From positions 30,001-62,000 of the forward strand of contig NC_016012.1 in NCBI RefSeq assembly GCF_000283555.1: 32,000 nucleotides of DNA. Direction: 5' to 3'. The position numbers were made by a program, and so were the translations under genes. The notes under the pieces are model-generated. The model did not search any database. It was not told the origin of the DNA and saw nothing but the letters and a program-made list of their open reading frames with translations. This DNA comes from Candidatus Arthromitus sp. SFB-rat-Yit (GTDB taxonomy: Bacteria; Bacillota; Clostridia; Clostridiales; Clostridiaceae). Positions 1 through 8,204 of this stretch are shown here, piece by piece; positions within the stretch are counted from its first letter, which is position 1, and each line of letters opens with the position of its first letter.

Positions 1-247
1 TAAATTCTGTAGTTTTCATGCGAAGTGGTGGCGTAAAATCAGTAGTATTTCCGGGAAAATAGATATCCAGCCATTTATTTGTTTCCCTAAAAATGGGCAG
101 GAGTTTTTCATTGTGATCTTTCCTAAGCGTATTGGCAAAATACTTCTGCTCGTCAAACCATAGCCCGATTAGTGCATTGCCGTCGCTTGCAAGTGTAATA
201 CTGCCAAGCGGCGAATTATGGTGATGTGTATATTCTAGGTCATTCCT
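1..247 (-). CDS. Methylated-DNA--protein-cysteine methyltransferase (MGMT/Ogt/AdaB-like), N-terminal part only; gene runs off the left edge; start possibly damaged
   Basis: Own minus-strand translation (not in ORF track): RNDLEYTHHHNSPLGSITLASDGNALIGLWFDEQKYFANTLRKDHNEKLLPIFRETNKWLDIYFPGNTTDFTPPLRMKTTEF. The SPxG...L.GLWF pattern is typical of the MGMT N-terminal domain. The frame is closed upstream by TGA at 248-250 and has no in-frame ATG/GTG/TTG. The nearest ATG (243-241) is 1 nt out of frame. Confidence 0.55.
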
Positions 248-249
248 TC

Positions 250-805
250 AGTATTCATTGGAATCAGCGTAAGTCTTGGATATGTCTGTATCCGTTTATA
301 TACGGATAGTAGAGCATACGGTGATCCAATAGCTTTTGAACAGATTTTTTCGTTTTTCTTTTTGGATCATGTGATGCTCCACGACATTGCGTCATATGGG
401 AATTGCCTACTCGTCTGTATAGACGAGTAGGCAGCAGTTTTCCTTCCTCATTTAGCCGTGAATCGTTTCGTACAAATAAAGTCCTCAAATACGGCAAGTA
501 GAGGTTTTAAACTGCGGCCAAGTCAAGATACCTTTTCATACCTTACCTTTGTTGGTTTTATCCCAAGCAGCACAATCATTCCGCTCATTATTCGTGTTCT
601 TCTTTCCATTTTTCAGTCTTGTATCGTTTGTAAGGTCGGTATCCATCACGCAGCGCATCATCCAAATTGTCGTAAAATTATATGTTCTTATGCAGTGGTT
701 TCGTATGGAAGCTTGGCAGATACACTATCCCTGTGGTACGAAGGTCTACATAGAATAGCCCGTTACAGTATGTATCTCTTTCCTGTATAGCCTTGATTTT
801 TTCAT
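250..805 (-). pseudogene. Decayed adaA-like gene (Ada Zn-binding methylphosphotriester domain followed by degenerate AraC-type HTH)
   Basis: ATG at 805-803 overlaps the alkA-like stop (ATGA). Translation gives MKKSRLYRKEIHTVTGYSM-TAG(746-748), then in a shifted frame DLRTTGIVYLPSFHTKPLHKNI-TAA(678-680)-FYDNLDDALRDGYRPYKRYKTEKWKEEHE-TAA(588-590). This aligns with E. coli Ada VRTTGIFCRPSCRARHALRENVSFYANASEALAAGFRPCKRCQP (recalled from memory). Downstream fragments (RYLDLAAV-stop-NLYLPYLRTLFVRN) resemble a broken AraC HTH. Confidence 0.7.
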
Positions 806-1506
806 TTCGTGTTATTTTTTACTCCTTTTGTTAATTTCTTTGTGGGAGCAGGATCGGTAAATCCTGGAACAGTACCGCCTGCAACGGCCCAAAAGTATAG
901 ACTTGCTACGCTACCATAAGGAGAGAGGCGTTTCCTGTATTTTTCAAACTGCTTCCTGTCAATCTCACGATGCTGATAAACCATTCTCATACCACGCAGA
1001 ATCGCTAAATCACCGAAGCTTAGGATATTTGGTCTTTGCAGACAGAATATTAGAATCATCTCCGCTGTCCATACTCCTATGCCTTTTAAATTCACAAGTG
1101 CATCTATTGCTTCTGTATCAGACATCTTTTTTACGGCAGCTAGGTCAAATTTGCCTATAGTAACTTTTTCGGAAAAGTCCTTGATATACTCCGCCTTGCG
1201 GAAAGTCATTCCCAGAGATTGTAGTTCTGCTATATTTGCACTGTTGATTGTTTCCGGCGTTACTTTGCCAAGATAATCATTCATTCGCTGCCATATAGTC
1301 CGATGTGCCTTTGTGGAAATCTGCTGCCCTATAATGTGATGTACGACAGAGGAGAACAGATCGGAATCTACCTCCCGGTCAATATGCCCCACATGATCGA
1401 TGACCCATGCGAGTTTCTTATCCTTAGATTTAAGATATTCTACAGCTTCATCGCCATACTCAAAATACATCTTTTCACCGCTCACCGCCTTTATAAATCG
1501 CCTCAT
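802..1506 (-). CDS. alkA: DNA-3-methyladenine glycosylase II family protein (HhH-GPD, AlkA-like)
   Basis: Intact 234-aa ORF. It has the HhH-GPD pattern (LVNLKGIGVWTAEMILIFCL..., downstream FGDLAILRG with a candidate catalytic Asp). It sits beside Ada/MGMT remnants. Confidence 0.8.
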   Translation of the reverse strand: MRRFIKAVSGEKMYFEYGDEAVEYLKSKDKKLAWVIDHVGHIDREVDSDLFSSVVHHIIGQQISTKAHRTIWQRMNDYLGKVTPETINSANIAELQSLGMTFRKAEYIKDFSEKVTIGKFDLAAVKKMSDTEAIDALVNLKGIGVWTAEMILIFCLQRPNILSFGDLAILRGMRMVYQHREIDRKQFEKYRKRLSPYGSVASLYFWAVAGGTVPGFTDPAPTKKLTKGVKNNTK

Positions 1507-1588
1507 CTATACTATAATTATATCGCGAAACACTGGTATTTTCTATTAGAATGCTGTAGAATTTTAACAATATATTTCAAACACTAAC

Positions 1589-2278
1589 ATTCAGGATGCG
1601 ATCACCTTGGAAAAACGGAATGTATATATCAATTTGGTTAATTTGAACCTGCATACCTACTTCTCGTACCTTGTTCTCAATGTTGAAAATGACACTTCTT
1701 ATCTGTTGAATCCGGGTTTACGTGTCATGCATTGGTATGAAGACCTATATTTTATCTATGTGATAGAATGAACGATATGTGTGAAGACGTTGGGAACAGA
1801 GGAAATTGGCTCTGTGGTAGATGGGATATACATCAACAAGAATGTCGTGCATCTGGTTGAAAATATCAGTGCTTGCAAGTATAAGAGTTTTCTTTTCCCG
1901 GAATACTTTGTTTATTATTACCTGATAGCACCGACAAGTTGCACTTACATACGTCATAACGTGAAACAGTGGAATCTCACTGATGATGCTATACGGCTCT
2001 ATGGGCTGATGTAGGGATGCTTTCCGAGTTCTCTATGAAATGGTGGAACTTGAAAAAGAAAAATAGGACAGCAAATATACCTATGCCGTTCTTTCAAATT
2101 TATCATAACCGTGACTCGTTATGTTTCGAGACTTATCACTTTTTGAAAATACTCCAATGCTCTGGCAATTAGTATGAGGTCATTTTTGAAATTTATCGAG
2201 GAGTACTATGATGAGGAGATTTCCTTGGAAGCACTCGCTGCAAGGTCGAATGTTAGCAAATCTGAGGATCTGCATTGA
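1589..2278 (+). pseudogene. Decayed and 3'-truncated AraC-family regulator (cupin-type N-domain + partial HTH)
   Basis: Own translation: ...RVMHWYEDLYFIYVIE-TGA(1769-1771)-TICVKTLGTEEIGSVVDGIYINKNVVHLVEN...FLFPEYF...LYGLM-TAG(2012-2014). Frame changes follow, then SFLKFIEEYYDEEISLEALAARSNVSKS, the first helix region of an AraC HTH. Homology stops near 2263, so the second half of the HTH domain is missing. No clean start codon in the cupin frame. Confidence 0.65.
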
Positions 2279-3449
2279 TTCAAACCCATACCATTATAAA
2301 CATATGAGCGGTCATAATTTAATGCAGGCTATAGCTAGAGTTAATAGAGTTTATAAAAATAAAGAGGGCGGACTTATAGTTGATTATATTGGAATTGCAG
2401 GAGCTTTGAAAAAGGCGATGAGCGATTACACAAAGAGAGATAAGGCAAATTATGGGGAGAGTGATATCTCAAAAATTGCTTATCCAAAGTTTATAGAAAA
2501 ACTTGAGGTATGTCGTGCTCTTTTGCATGGGTTTGATTATTCCTCATTTATGGTGAAATCATCAACAGATCTTACGCGTGCAAAACTTATAAGTGGAGGC
2601 GTTAACTTTCTATCAGATCCATCAAGAAAGGAAGATAAAAAATTCTATATAAAAGAGTCGCTTCTTTTGCGTCAATCTGTTTCACTTTGTCGCTCTATTT
2701 TAACTAAGGATCAAAGACTTGAATCTGCATATTTTGAAGCACTTCGTACGCTACTTACACGTATAACAGGAGAAAATAAACCTCTTTCTTTAAAAGAGAT
2801 AAATAAGCATATTAATGACTTATTAAAAGAAAGTATAAAAAGTGATGGTATCATAAATTTATTTTCTGATATTGATATTGGGGTTTCTATATTTGATGAA
2901 AAATTCTTAGAAGAAGTTTCAAATATGAAAGAGAAGAATTTGGCAGTTGAAATGTTAAAGAAACTTTTAAATGAACAGATTTCAGTATATAAAAGGAATA
3001 ATATTGTTAAATCACAAAAATTTTCAGAAATGTTAAATAAGGCCATGAGGTTATATATAAATGGAATGATCACAAATGAAGAGGTAATAGAAGAGCTATT
3101 AAAGATGGCACGAGATATATCACGTTCCTCAGAAGAGGCAGAATCACTTGGACTTAGTGATGAGGAGATGGCATTTTATGATGCACTAACTCGACCAGAG
3201 GCTATAAAAGATTTTTACACAAATGAAGAGCTTGTAGCACTCACTCGTATTCTTACAGACAGCTTAAGAAGAAGTAGAACTATAGATTGGCAGAAAAAGG
3301 ATACTGCGAGAGCAAAAATGCGTAGAATGATTAGAAGGCTTTTAAAAGATTATGATTATCCACCAAATGGTTTAGAGGATGCAGTGACAACAGTACTATC
3401 TCAATGCGAAATTTGGGCAGATTTTGGAGAAGAAAGTTATAGAGTTTAA
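2268..3449 (+). pseudogene. hsdR: Type I restriction enzyme R subunit (HsdR), C-terminal fragment only (helicase motif VI + C-terminal helical domain)
   Basis: ORF 2208..3449 contains GHNLMQAIARVNRVYKNKEGGLIVDYIGI (SF2 motif VI region of HsdR). It also has the typical C-terminal region (LSDEEMAFYDAL..., TIDWQKKDTARAKMRRMIRRLLKDYDYPP). The roughly 600 aa of nuclease and helicase motifs I-V are absent. The first 60 nt of the ORF are an out-of-frame read through the AraC remnant. No hsdM or hsdS nearby. Confidence 0.8.
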
Positions 3450-3451
3450 AA

Positions 3452-3488
3452 AAAGCATCTCAAAATTTACTGAGATGCTTTTTATTTT
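3452..3488. terminator. Bidirectional rho-independent terminator between hsdR fragment and chromate-transporter genes
   Basis: 11-bp stem aaagcatctca / tgagatgcttt with an 8-nt loop. An A-run lies upstream and a T-run downstream. Confidence 0.7.
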
Positions 3489-4018
3489 AAGAATATAACT
3501 CCGAGAATTCCTGATAATAAAATTATTTTTAGAGGAGAGAGTTTAAATTTTAAATTAAATAGAAATAGAGCTAAAAATAATATTAAATTTATTACATTCA
3601 CTCCAGATGACGAAAAAAGAGATTTACTTGATATATTTATAACAGAATAAATTAAAAGTGAAAGTATTACAGGTCTTATATTTTTAAGAGTATTTTCAAG
3701 ATATGGATTATTTTTAAATTTATTTATGAATTTTACAACCAAAATAATTATTATAAAAGATGGAAGTACAACACCGAGTGTTGAGAAAATTGCTCCTATT
3801 ATTCCTGAATTCCTAAATCCAATAAATGTACTTATGTTAATTGCAAAAGGTCCTGGGGTTGATTCTGATATTGCAATAAACTCAAGGAGTTCATTACTAG
3901 TTGCCCACGAATATTTAAGTATGTATTCTTTAATAAGTGGTATCATTGCGTATCCACCACCGAATGTAAAAAGTCCAATTTTAAAGAATACAGAAAGAAG
4001 CATGAGATTTATTCCCAT
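3482..4018 (-). CDS. Chromate transporter (CHR) family protein, short-chain half (second of pair)
   Basis: 178 aa. FKIGLFTFGGGYAMIPLI ... ISESTPGPFAINISTFIGF matches the CHR family signature. Its start abuts the stop of the upstream paralog (TAA ATG). Confidence 0.75.
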   Translation of the reverse strand: MGINLMLLSVFFKIGLFTFGGGYAMIPLIKEYILKYSWATSNELLEFIAISESTPGPFAINISTFIGFRNSGIIGAIFSTLGVVLPSFIIIILVVKFINKFKNNPYLENTLKNIRPVILSLLIYSVINISSKSLFSSSGVNVINLILFLALFLFNLKFKLSPLKIILLSGILGVIFLK

Positions 4019-4564
4019 TTAAAATTTCCTCCTAAACGTAAGAATTAAAACGTTTATAACTATAGATATAATTAGAATTGTAATTGAGCTTATTGAAGTG
4101 AAGGAGCAGAGTATTAGGACCATAAGTACTATAGGATAATAGTACTTATTTTTTTGAGATTTCTTATTCATTTTTAAAACTGTAAATAAGAGCATAACTA
4201 TAACTCCTATTTTTATACCACTAAGAAAACTAGATATAATTTGAAAGTTTTTAAAAAAATCTAAGAAAAATGATATTAAAAGTATGATTATAAAAGATGG
4301 AAGAACTATCCCGAGCGTTGATATAATTGCACCGATAAATCCACAAAGCTTATAACCAATGAACGTTGCACAGTTTATGGATACAGGTCCTGGTGTACAT
4401 TCAGATATTGAGAATATATCAAGGAGTTCATCTTGAGTTATAAACTTGTTTTTTTCAGTCATCTCTTTTTCAATAAATGGTAGCATAGAATATCCACCAC
4501 CAAATGTTAAAAGTCCAATTTTAAAAAAAGTTGTGAAAAGAGTATATAAAGTTTTGTATTTCAA
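4019..4564 (-). CDS. Chromate transporter (CHR) family protein, short-chain half (first of pair)
   Basis: 181 aa. FKIGLLTFGGGYSMLPFI ... ISECTPGPVSINCATFIGY. TTG start preceded by ggaggga. The paired short CHR arrangement is known from Bacillus. Confidence 0.75.
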   Translation of the reverse strand: MKYKTLYTLFTTFFKIGLLTFGGGYSMLPFIEKEMTEKNKFITQDELLDIFSISECTPGPVSINCATFIGYKLCGFIGAIISTLGIVLPSFIIILLISFFLDFFKNFQIISSFLSGIKIGVIVMLLFTVLKMNKKSQKNKYYYPIVLMVLILCSFTSISSITILIISIVINVLILTFRRKF

Positions 4565-4576
4565 AGTATCCCTCCA

Positions 4577-5707
4577 TTAATTTTGTTTTATAAATATTAA
4601 GTTTTTATCCTCACAAAAGTTTTTTATATTGTAATAAATTAACACTTCTTCTAAATTATTTTCATCAAGATAATTAATGATATTCTTACTATAAAATCTT
4701 AAATCTATAACATGTATTTCTTCAAAGTGATTTACTAAAAAAGGTATGAATGAATTAGCGTAAGAGTCTTTTATTATACATAATTTTTTGTTGTTTTTGG
4801 TGGATGTATTAATTTTAATCAATGGATGATTATTATCAAGAAATATATTATAGTGATTCCTTGGATTATCTAAATACGAAAATTCATAGAGAGAATTTGA
4901 TTTCTTAGTTAAATAATCAACCATTACCTCATCTTGTTTCTTATTATGAAAAAGATATACTTCATCTGGTGTAATGGTATTTAAGTTAATTTTAGAAAAC
5001 AATGATCCAAGGAATTTATCAGATACCTTTTGAATTGAGAAATCCTCTTTATTAAGAGGAAAAATATTATTTTGTTCAGCGAACTCTAAATATGAATAAT
5101 AAGCCCCAAGTGTTGTGTAGTGATGATCTGTTTTGTAATAAATGTACTCATCTTTATGTGCATTAAGTATATCAGTTGGATCTATAAATTTAACGCTAGA
5201 ATTCAACTCATTTTTTAAATATTTAAAAAGTTTAACTTGGTCTATGTTTAAAGAGTATGGAGGTAGATAATCTTTTAATATTTCTGAAGAAGTTGGTATG
5301 AGCATCAAACTAACTTTATAATTTTTGGATAAATTATTTATGAGATTTAAATTATTATTTACAACTTTCAAATCTAAATCTCTAAAGCTTTCTATTAAGT
5401 ATCCATTTTTTGAGATATATACATCATTTATATCTCTTCTACCTATTAAGAGTTCAAATGATGATTTCAGAGTTATAAATTCATCACGGAAAGGGAAGTG
5501 ATCTTCGAGGTATGATGAGAGTTTATTATTAAATTCACCTGATATAAGTGATTCGATTGATAATTTAGGAAATTTGGATAAATACCTATTTTCTATAAAT
5601 GAAAATGTTTTGTCTTTGAATAAAACATGCAAAATAGGTATAACAAAAATTATAATTAAGAAAGCAATATTAGGTAAATAATTCTTTTTAATTTGCGACA
5701 CCTCCAT
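4577..5707 (-). CDS. Membrane-anchored AlgX/AlgJ-like (SGNH-like) O-acyltransferase partner protein
   Basis: 376 aa with an N-terminal TM helix (NIAFLIIIFVIPILHVLF) and a KTDHHYT motif resembling the DxHW motif of AlgJ/AlgX/PatB-type proteins. The start overlaps the MBOAT stop by 1 nt (TAATG). Confidence 0.5.
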   Translation of the reverse strand: MEVSQIKKNYLPNIAFLIIIFVIPILHVLFKDKTFSFIENRYLSKFPKLSIESLISGEFNNKLSSYLEDHFPFRDEFITLKSSFELLIGRRDINDVYISKNGYLIESFRDLDLKVVNNNLNLINNLSKNYKVSLMLIPTSSEILKDYLPPYSLNIDQVKLFKYLKNELNSSVKFIDPTDILNAHKDEYIYYKTDHHYTTLGAYYSYLEFAEQNNIFPLNKEDFSIQKVSDKFLGSLFSKINLNTITPDEVYLFHNKKQDEVMVDYLTKKSNSLYEFSYLDNPRNHYNIFLDNNHPLIKINTSTKNNKKLCIIKDSYANSFIPFLVNHFEEIHVIDLRFYSKNIINYLDENNLEEVLIYYNIKNFCEDKNLIFIKQN

Positions 5708-7077
5708 TAGAATCTAAAATATAGAAATGGATTAAATGAGGAATTAACTATAAAAGAGATACTAACTAAAAAACCTATGATGATAAATACTCTTGAGAAT
5801 ATATGAGGTATTTTTAATTTAATATTTTTCATTATAGGGGTTGAAAATAGTATTGATATACCGAAATAAATAATAAAGTTTGAAAAATAATACATAAACG
5901 TTCTATCTATAAAATTGTTTAAAGAGAGCATCTTCAAAACGAATTCTTTTAAATAATTAAAATCCTCAAACACAAAAATGCACCATCCAAATAAAACCAC
6001 TAGTATTAGATACATTCTTGAGAGTATTTTACTATTTTCAAGAAATTTAAGAAGGAATAGCTTTTCAATAACTATAAATATAAAAAAGTAAATTCCCCAT
6101 AATATAAAGTTAAAGTTAGCACCATGCCAAAGTCCAGTAAACATCCAAACTATAAATAAATTAAAATATTTGTTTCTCCTATTTCCTCCTAGAGGAATAT
6201 ATAAATAATTTCTAAACCATGATCCTAAAGAAATATGCCATCTCCTCCAGAATTCAGTTACGCTTTTTGATGTATATGGATAGTTGAAGTTTTCGTTGAA
6301 TTTAAATCCAAACATAGCTCCGAGTCCTATAGCCATATCTGAATATCCGCTGAAATCAAAGTATATTTGAAAGAAATATGAAAAAATACACATCCAAGAT
6401 GTTAGAGTTGACATATTAGATGGAGATAATTTCATTAACGTGTCAAATAAGTATCCCATATTGTTTGCGATGATAACTTTTTTGCAAATACCCTCCATGA
6501 ATCTAGTTACTCCATAATTAAATAGAGAAATAGTTTCACGATTTTTATTGTTTATATCCTCTTCAACGCTTTTATAAGTAACTATTGGACCAGCTATGAG
6601 TTGAGGAAATAGCGATACATATGCTCCAAATGATATGAAGTTTTTTTGTACGTTTATTTTATTTAAGAACACATCTATTGTGTATGAAAGAGTTTGAAAT
6701 GTGTAAAATGATATTCCTATAGGAAGAGATGGAGGAGAAAAATTTATATTAATATTAAACATTGAATTTAAAGATGTAATGATAAGATTGGAATATTTAA
6801 AGAATCCAAGCATACACAAATTAATTAAAATAGATATTATAAGAAATGTAATTTTTAAATGGTTAAATCGTCTATATTTATCTATTAATAATCCTATTGT
6901 GTAATCTAAAATGGTTGAGAAAATCATGAGGAAAATGTATAACGGCTCTCCAAATGCATAGAATAAAAGACTTGCTATGAATAGAACAGCAAGTCTGATT
7001 GATTTTGGAGATATGTAATAAACAAATAGTGTAATTGGTAAGAAAAAAAATATAAATATTAAACTAGAGAATACCAT
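5707..7077 (-). CDS. MBOAT family membrane-bound O-acyltransferase (AlgI/PatA/DltB-like)
   Basis: 456 aa, polytopic. EFWRRWHISLGSWFRNYLYIPLGGNRR contains the invariant MBOAT His region. Confidence 0.85.
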   Translation of the reverse strand: MVFSSLIFIFFFLPITLFVYYISPKSIRLAVLFIASLLFYAFGEPLYIFLMIFSTILDYTIGLLIDKYRRFNHLKITFLIISILINLCMLGFFKYSNLIITSLNSMFNININFSPPSLPIGISFYTFQTLSYTIDVFLNKINVQKNFISFGAYVSLFPQLIAGPIVTYKSVEEDINNKNRETISLFNYGVTRFMEGICKKVIIANNMGYLFDTLMKLSPSNMSTLTSWMCIFSYFFQIYFDFSGYSDMAIGLGAMFGFKFNENFNYPYTSKSVTEFWRRWHISLGSWFRNYLYIPLGGNRRNKYFNLFIVWMFTGLWHGANFNFILWGIYFFIFIVIEKLFLLKFLENSKILSRMYLILVVLFGWCIFVFEDFNYLKEFVLKMLSLNNFIDRTFMYYFSNFIIYFGISILFSTPIMKNIKLKIPHIFSRVFIIIGFLVSISFIVNSSFNPFLYFRF

Positions 7078-7095
7078 TAAACACCCAATCCTTTA

Positions 7096-8154
7096 TTATT
7101 TTTCTAATAAATTTAATATGTCACCGCTATTTTTTGAAAAACAAAATAGTGTGTAATCATCTATATCTAAAAAAAGTACATTGTCTTCAATTTTAAATTC
7201 ATCATTATTATAACCCTTAAGTGAATTTAAAATACTCGATAATCTTAAATTAAGTTTATCTGATAATTCTTCATCTGATAAATTTTTATGTTTAAACATA
7301 AAAATTTCAAAATAGTTTGAGTTTAACTCTTTAGAGTGTATAAGTACATAATCTTCTATTTCATCTTTATTTATACCATAATTTGAAAAAATAAAGGAAT
7401 CATTAGTGTATGTGTATGGAGGAAGTTCTATATTATTTAATATTTTATCTAATATGAGTTTCGAAGCATTTTGATCTTGTCCTTGAATAGGCTTAAATTC
7501 ATTAATATTTTTAGATGAATTATATAAAGCTTTTTCATATATTGCATTTATTTCATCTTCTCTAGTTAAAAATTTATTATCTGTATCGGTATTTTCATCT
7601 TTATTAGATGTATCCTCAAAATTTGGTGTATTTTCTGAAGGATTTAAAACATCTTCATTATTTATCTCATCTTTTAAGGTGCCCTCCAAATAATTTGAAA
7701 AATCGTTTAATAAGTTATTGTATTCATTTTCTAAGTTTAAGTAATCACTCTCAATTGCATTTATGTATTCCCCATATTTATTAGTTAAATACTTTTCATT
7801 TTCAGATAAATAATTCATGTATTCATTTGATATATCTTCAGTAATTTTTTGAACTTCGCTTAGTGTGAAAACTTGCTCTGATATTTCTAAGTTTTCTGAT
7901 GATTCATCAAATTCTACGTTACCAATAACAGGATATGATGATATTCCAATTGTGTAATCATATGATCCAAGAGATTGAAGTTTATTTTTATCTAGTTTTA
8001 TTATATTTTCATCTGAACCTATACTCCGTTTAGATATTTGTAAATTATCATTTGTATTTTCTTCTGTGGGTGTATTTTTAACTGCTCTATTACAAGATGT
8101 TAAACTAATTAATGCTAATGATGACATAATTACAGCTGATTTTTTATTTATCAT
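7096..8154 (-). CDS. Lipoprotein, acidic/Asn-rich, C-terminal domain paralogous to the next gene (possibly DUF4358-like)
   Basis: Signal peptide plus lipobox (SLALISLTSC). The C-terminal ~90 aa align by eye with the C-terminus of ORF 8205..8690. Confidence 0.55.
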   Translation of the reverse strand: MINKKSAVIMSSLALISLTSCNRAVKNTPTEENTNDNLQISKRSIGSDENIIKLDKNKLQSLGSYDYTIGISSYPVIGNVEFDESSENLEISEQVFTLSEVQKITEDISNEYMNYLSENEKYLTNKYGEYINAIESDYLNLENEYNNLLNDFSNYLEGTLKDEINNEDVLNPSENTPNFEDTSNKDENTDTDNKFLTREDEINAIYEKALYNSSKNINEFKPIQGQDQNASKLILDKILNNIELPPYTYTNDSFIFSNYGINKDEIEDYVLIHSKELNSNYFEIFMFKHKNLSDEELSDKLNLRLSSILNSLKGYNNDEFKIEDNVLFLDIDDYTLFCFSKNSGDILNLLEK

Positions 8155-8204
8155 AATTAATTCTCCATGAAATTAAGGAGTAATTTACTTTCCCTTAATT
8201 TATT

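Noticed and set aside
264-790. ORFs 264..497 (-), 458..790 (+) and 549..758 (+)
   Set aside because: The region is better explained as a multiply disrupted adaA-like gene on the minus strand. The track ORFs are chance open frames or fragments of it.
1769-1771. Genome-wide TGA reassignment (Gly as in code 25, or Trp as in code 4), prompted by TGA at an expected Gly position in the AraC remnant and the TGA in the HesB-like gene (31939-31941)
   Set aside because: The same left-hand genes also carry in-frame TAA and TAG codons and frameshifts, so they are true pseudogenes. abrB and the alkA-like gene end at TGA at their expected lengths. The rRNA and synteny are Clostridia-like, not SR1/Gracilibacteria or Mollicutes.
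1745-2014. ORFs 1745..1957 (-) and 1781..2014 (+) as separate genes
   Set aside because: 1781..2014 is one in-frame segment of the broken AraC-family gene, and 1745..1957 is its antisense shadow.
2208-2267. ATG at 2208 as the genuine start of the 413-aa ORF
   Set aside because: The first 20 codons are an out-of-frame reading of the AraC HTH remnant (whose own frame gives EEYYDEEISLEALAARSNVSKS). HsdR homology only begins at about 2268, so the ORF is a fusion artefact of the junction.
2711-3073. Antisense or overlapping ORFs inside real genes (2711..3073, 3726..4022, 11261..11569, 11826..12011, 13866..14321, 14493..14789, 14848..15210, 15267..15473, 29063..29347, 30992..31204; also 903..1160, 1079..1276 and 1303..1587 opposite alkA)
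   Set aside because: Each is fully shadowed by a longer ORF with clear family identity on the other strand. Their Ile/Phe/Leu/Ser/Asn-rich, low-complexity translations are what antisense AT-rich coding DNA produces.
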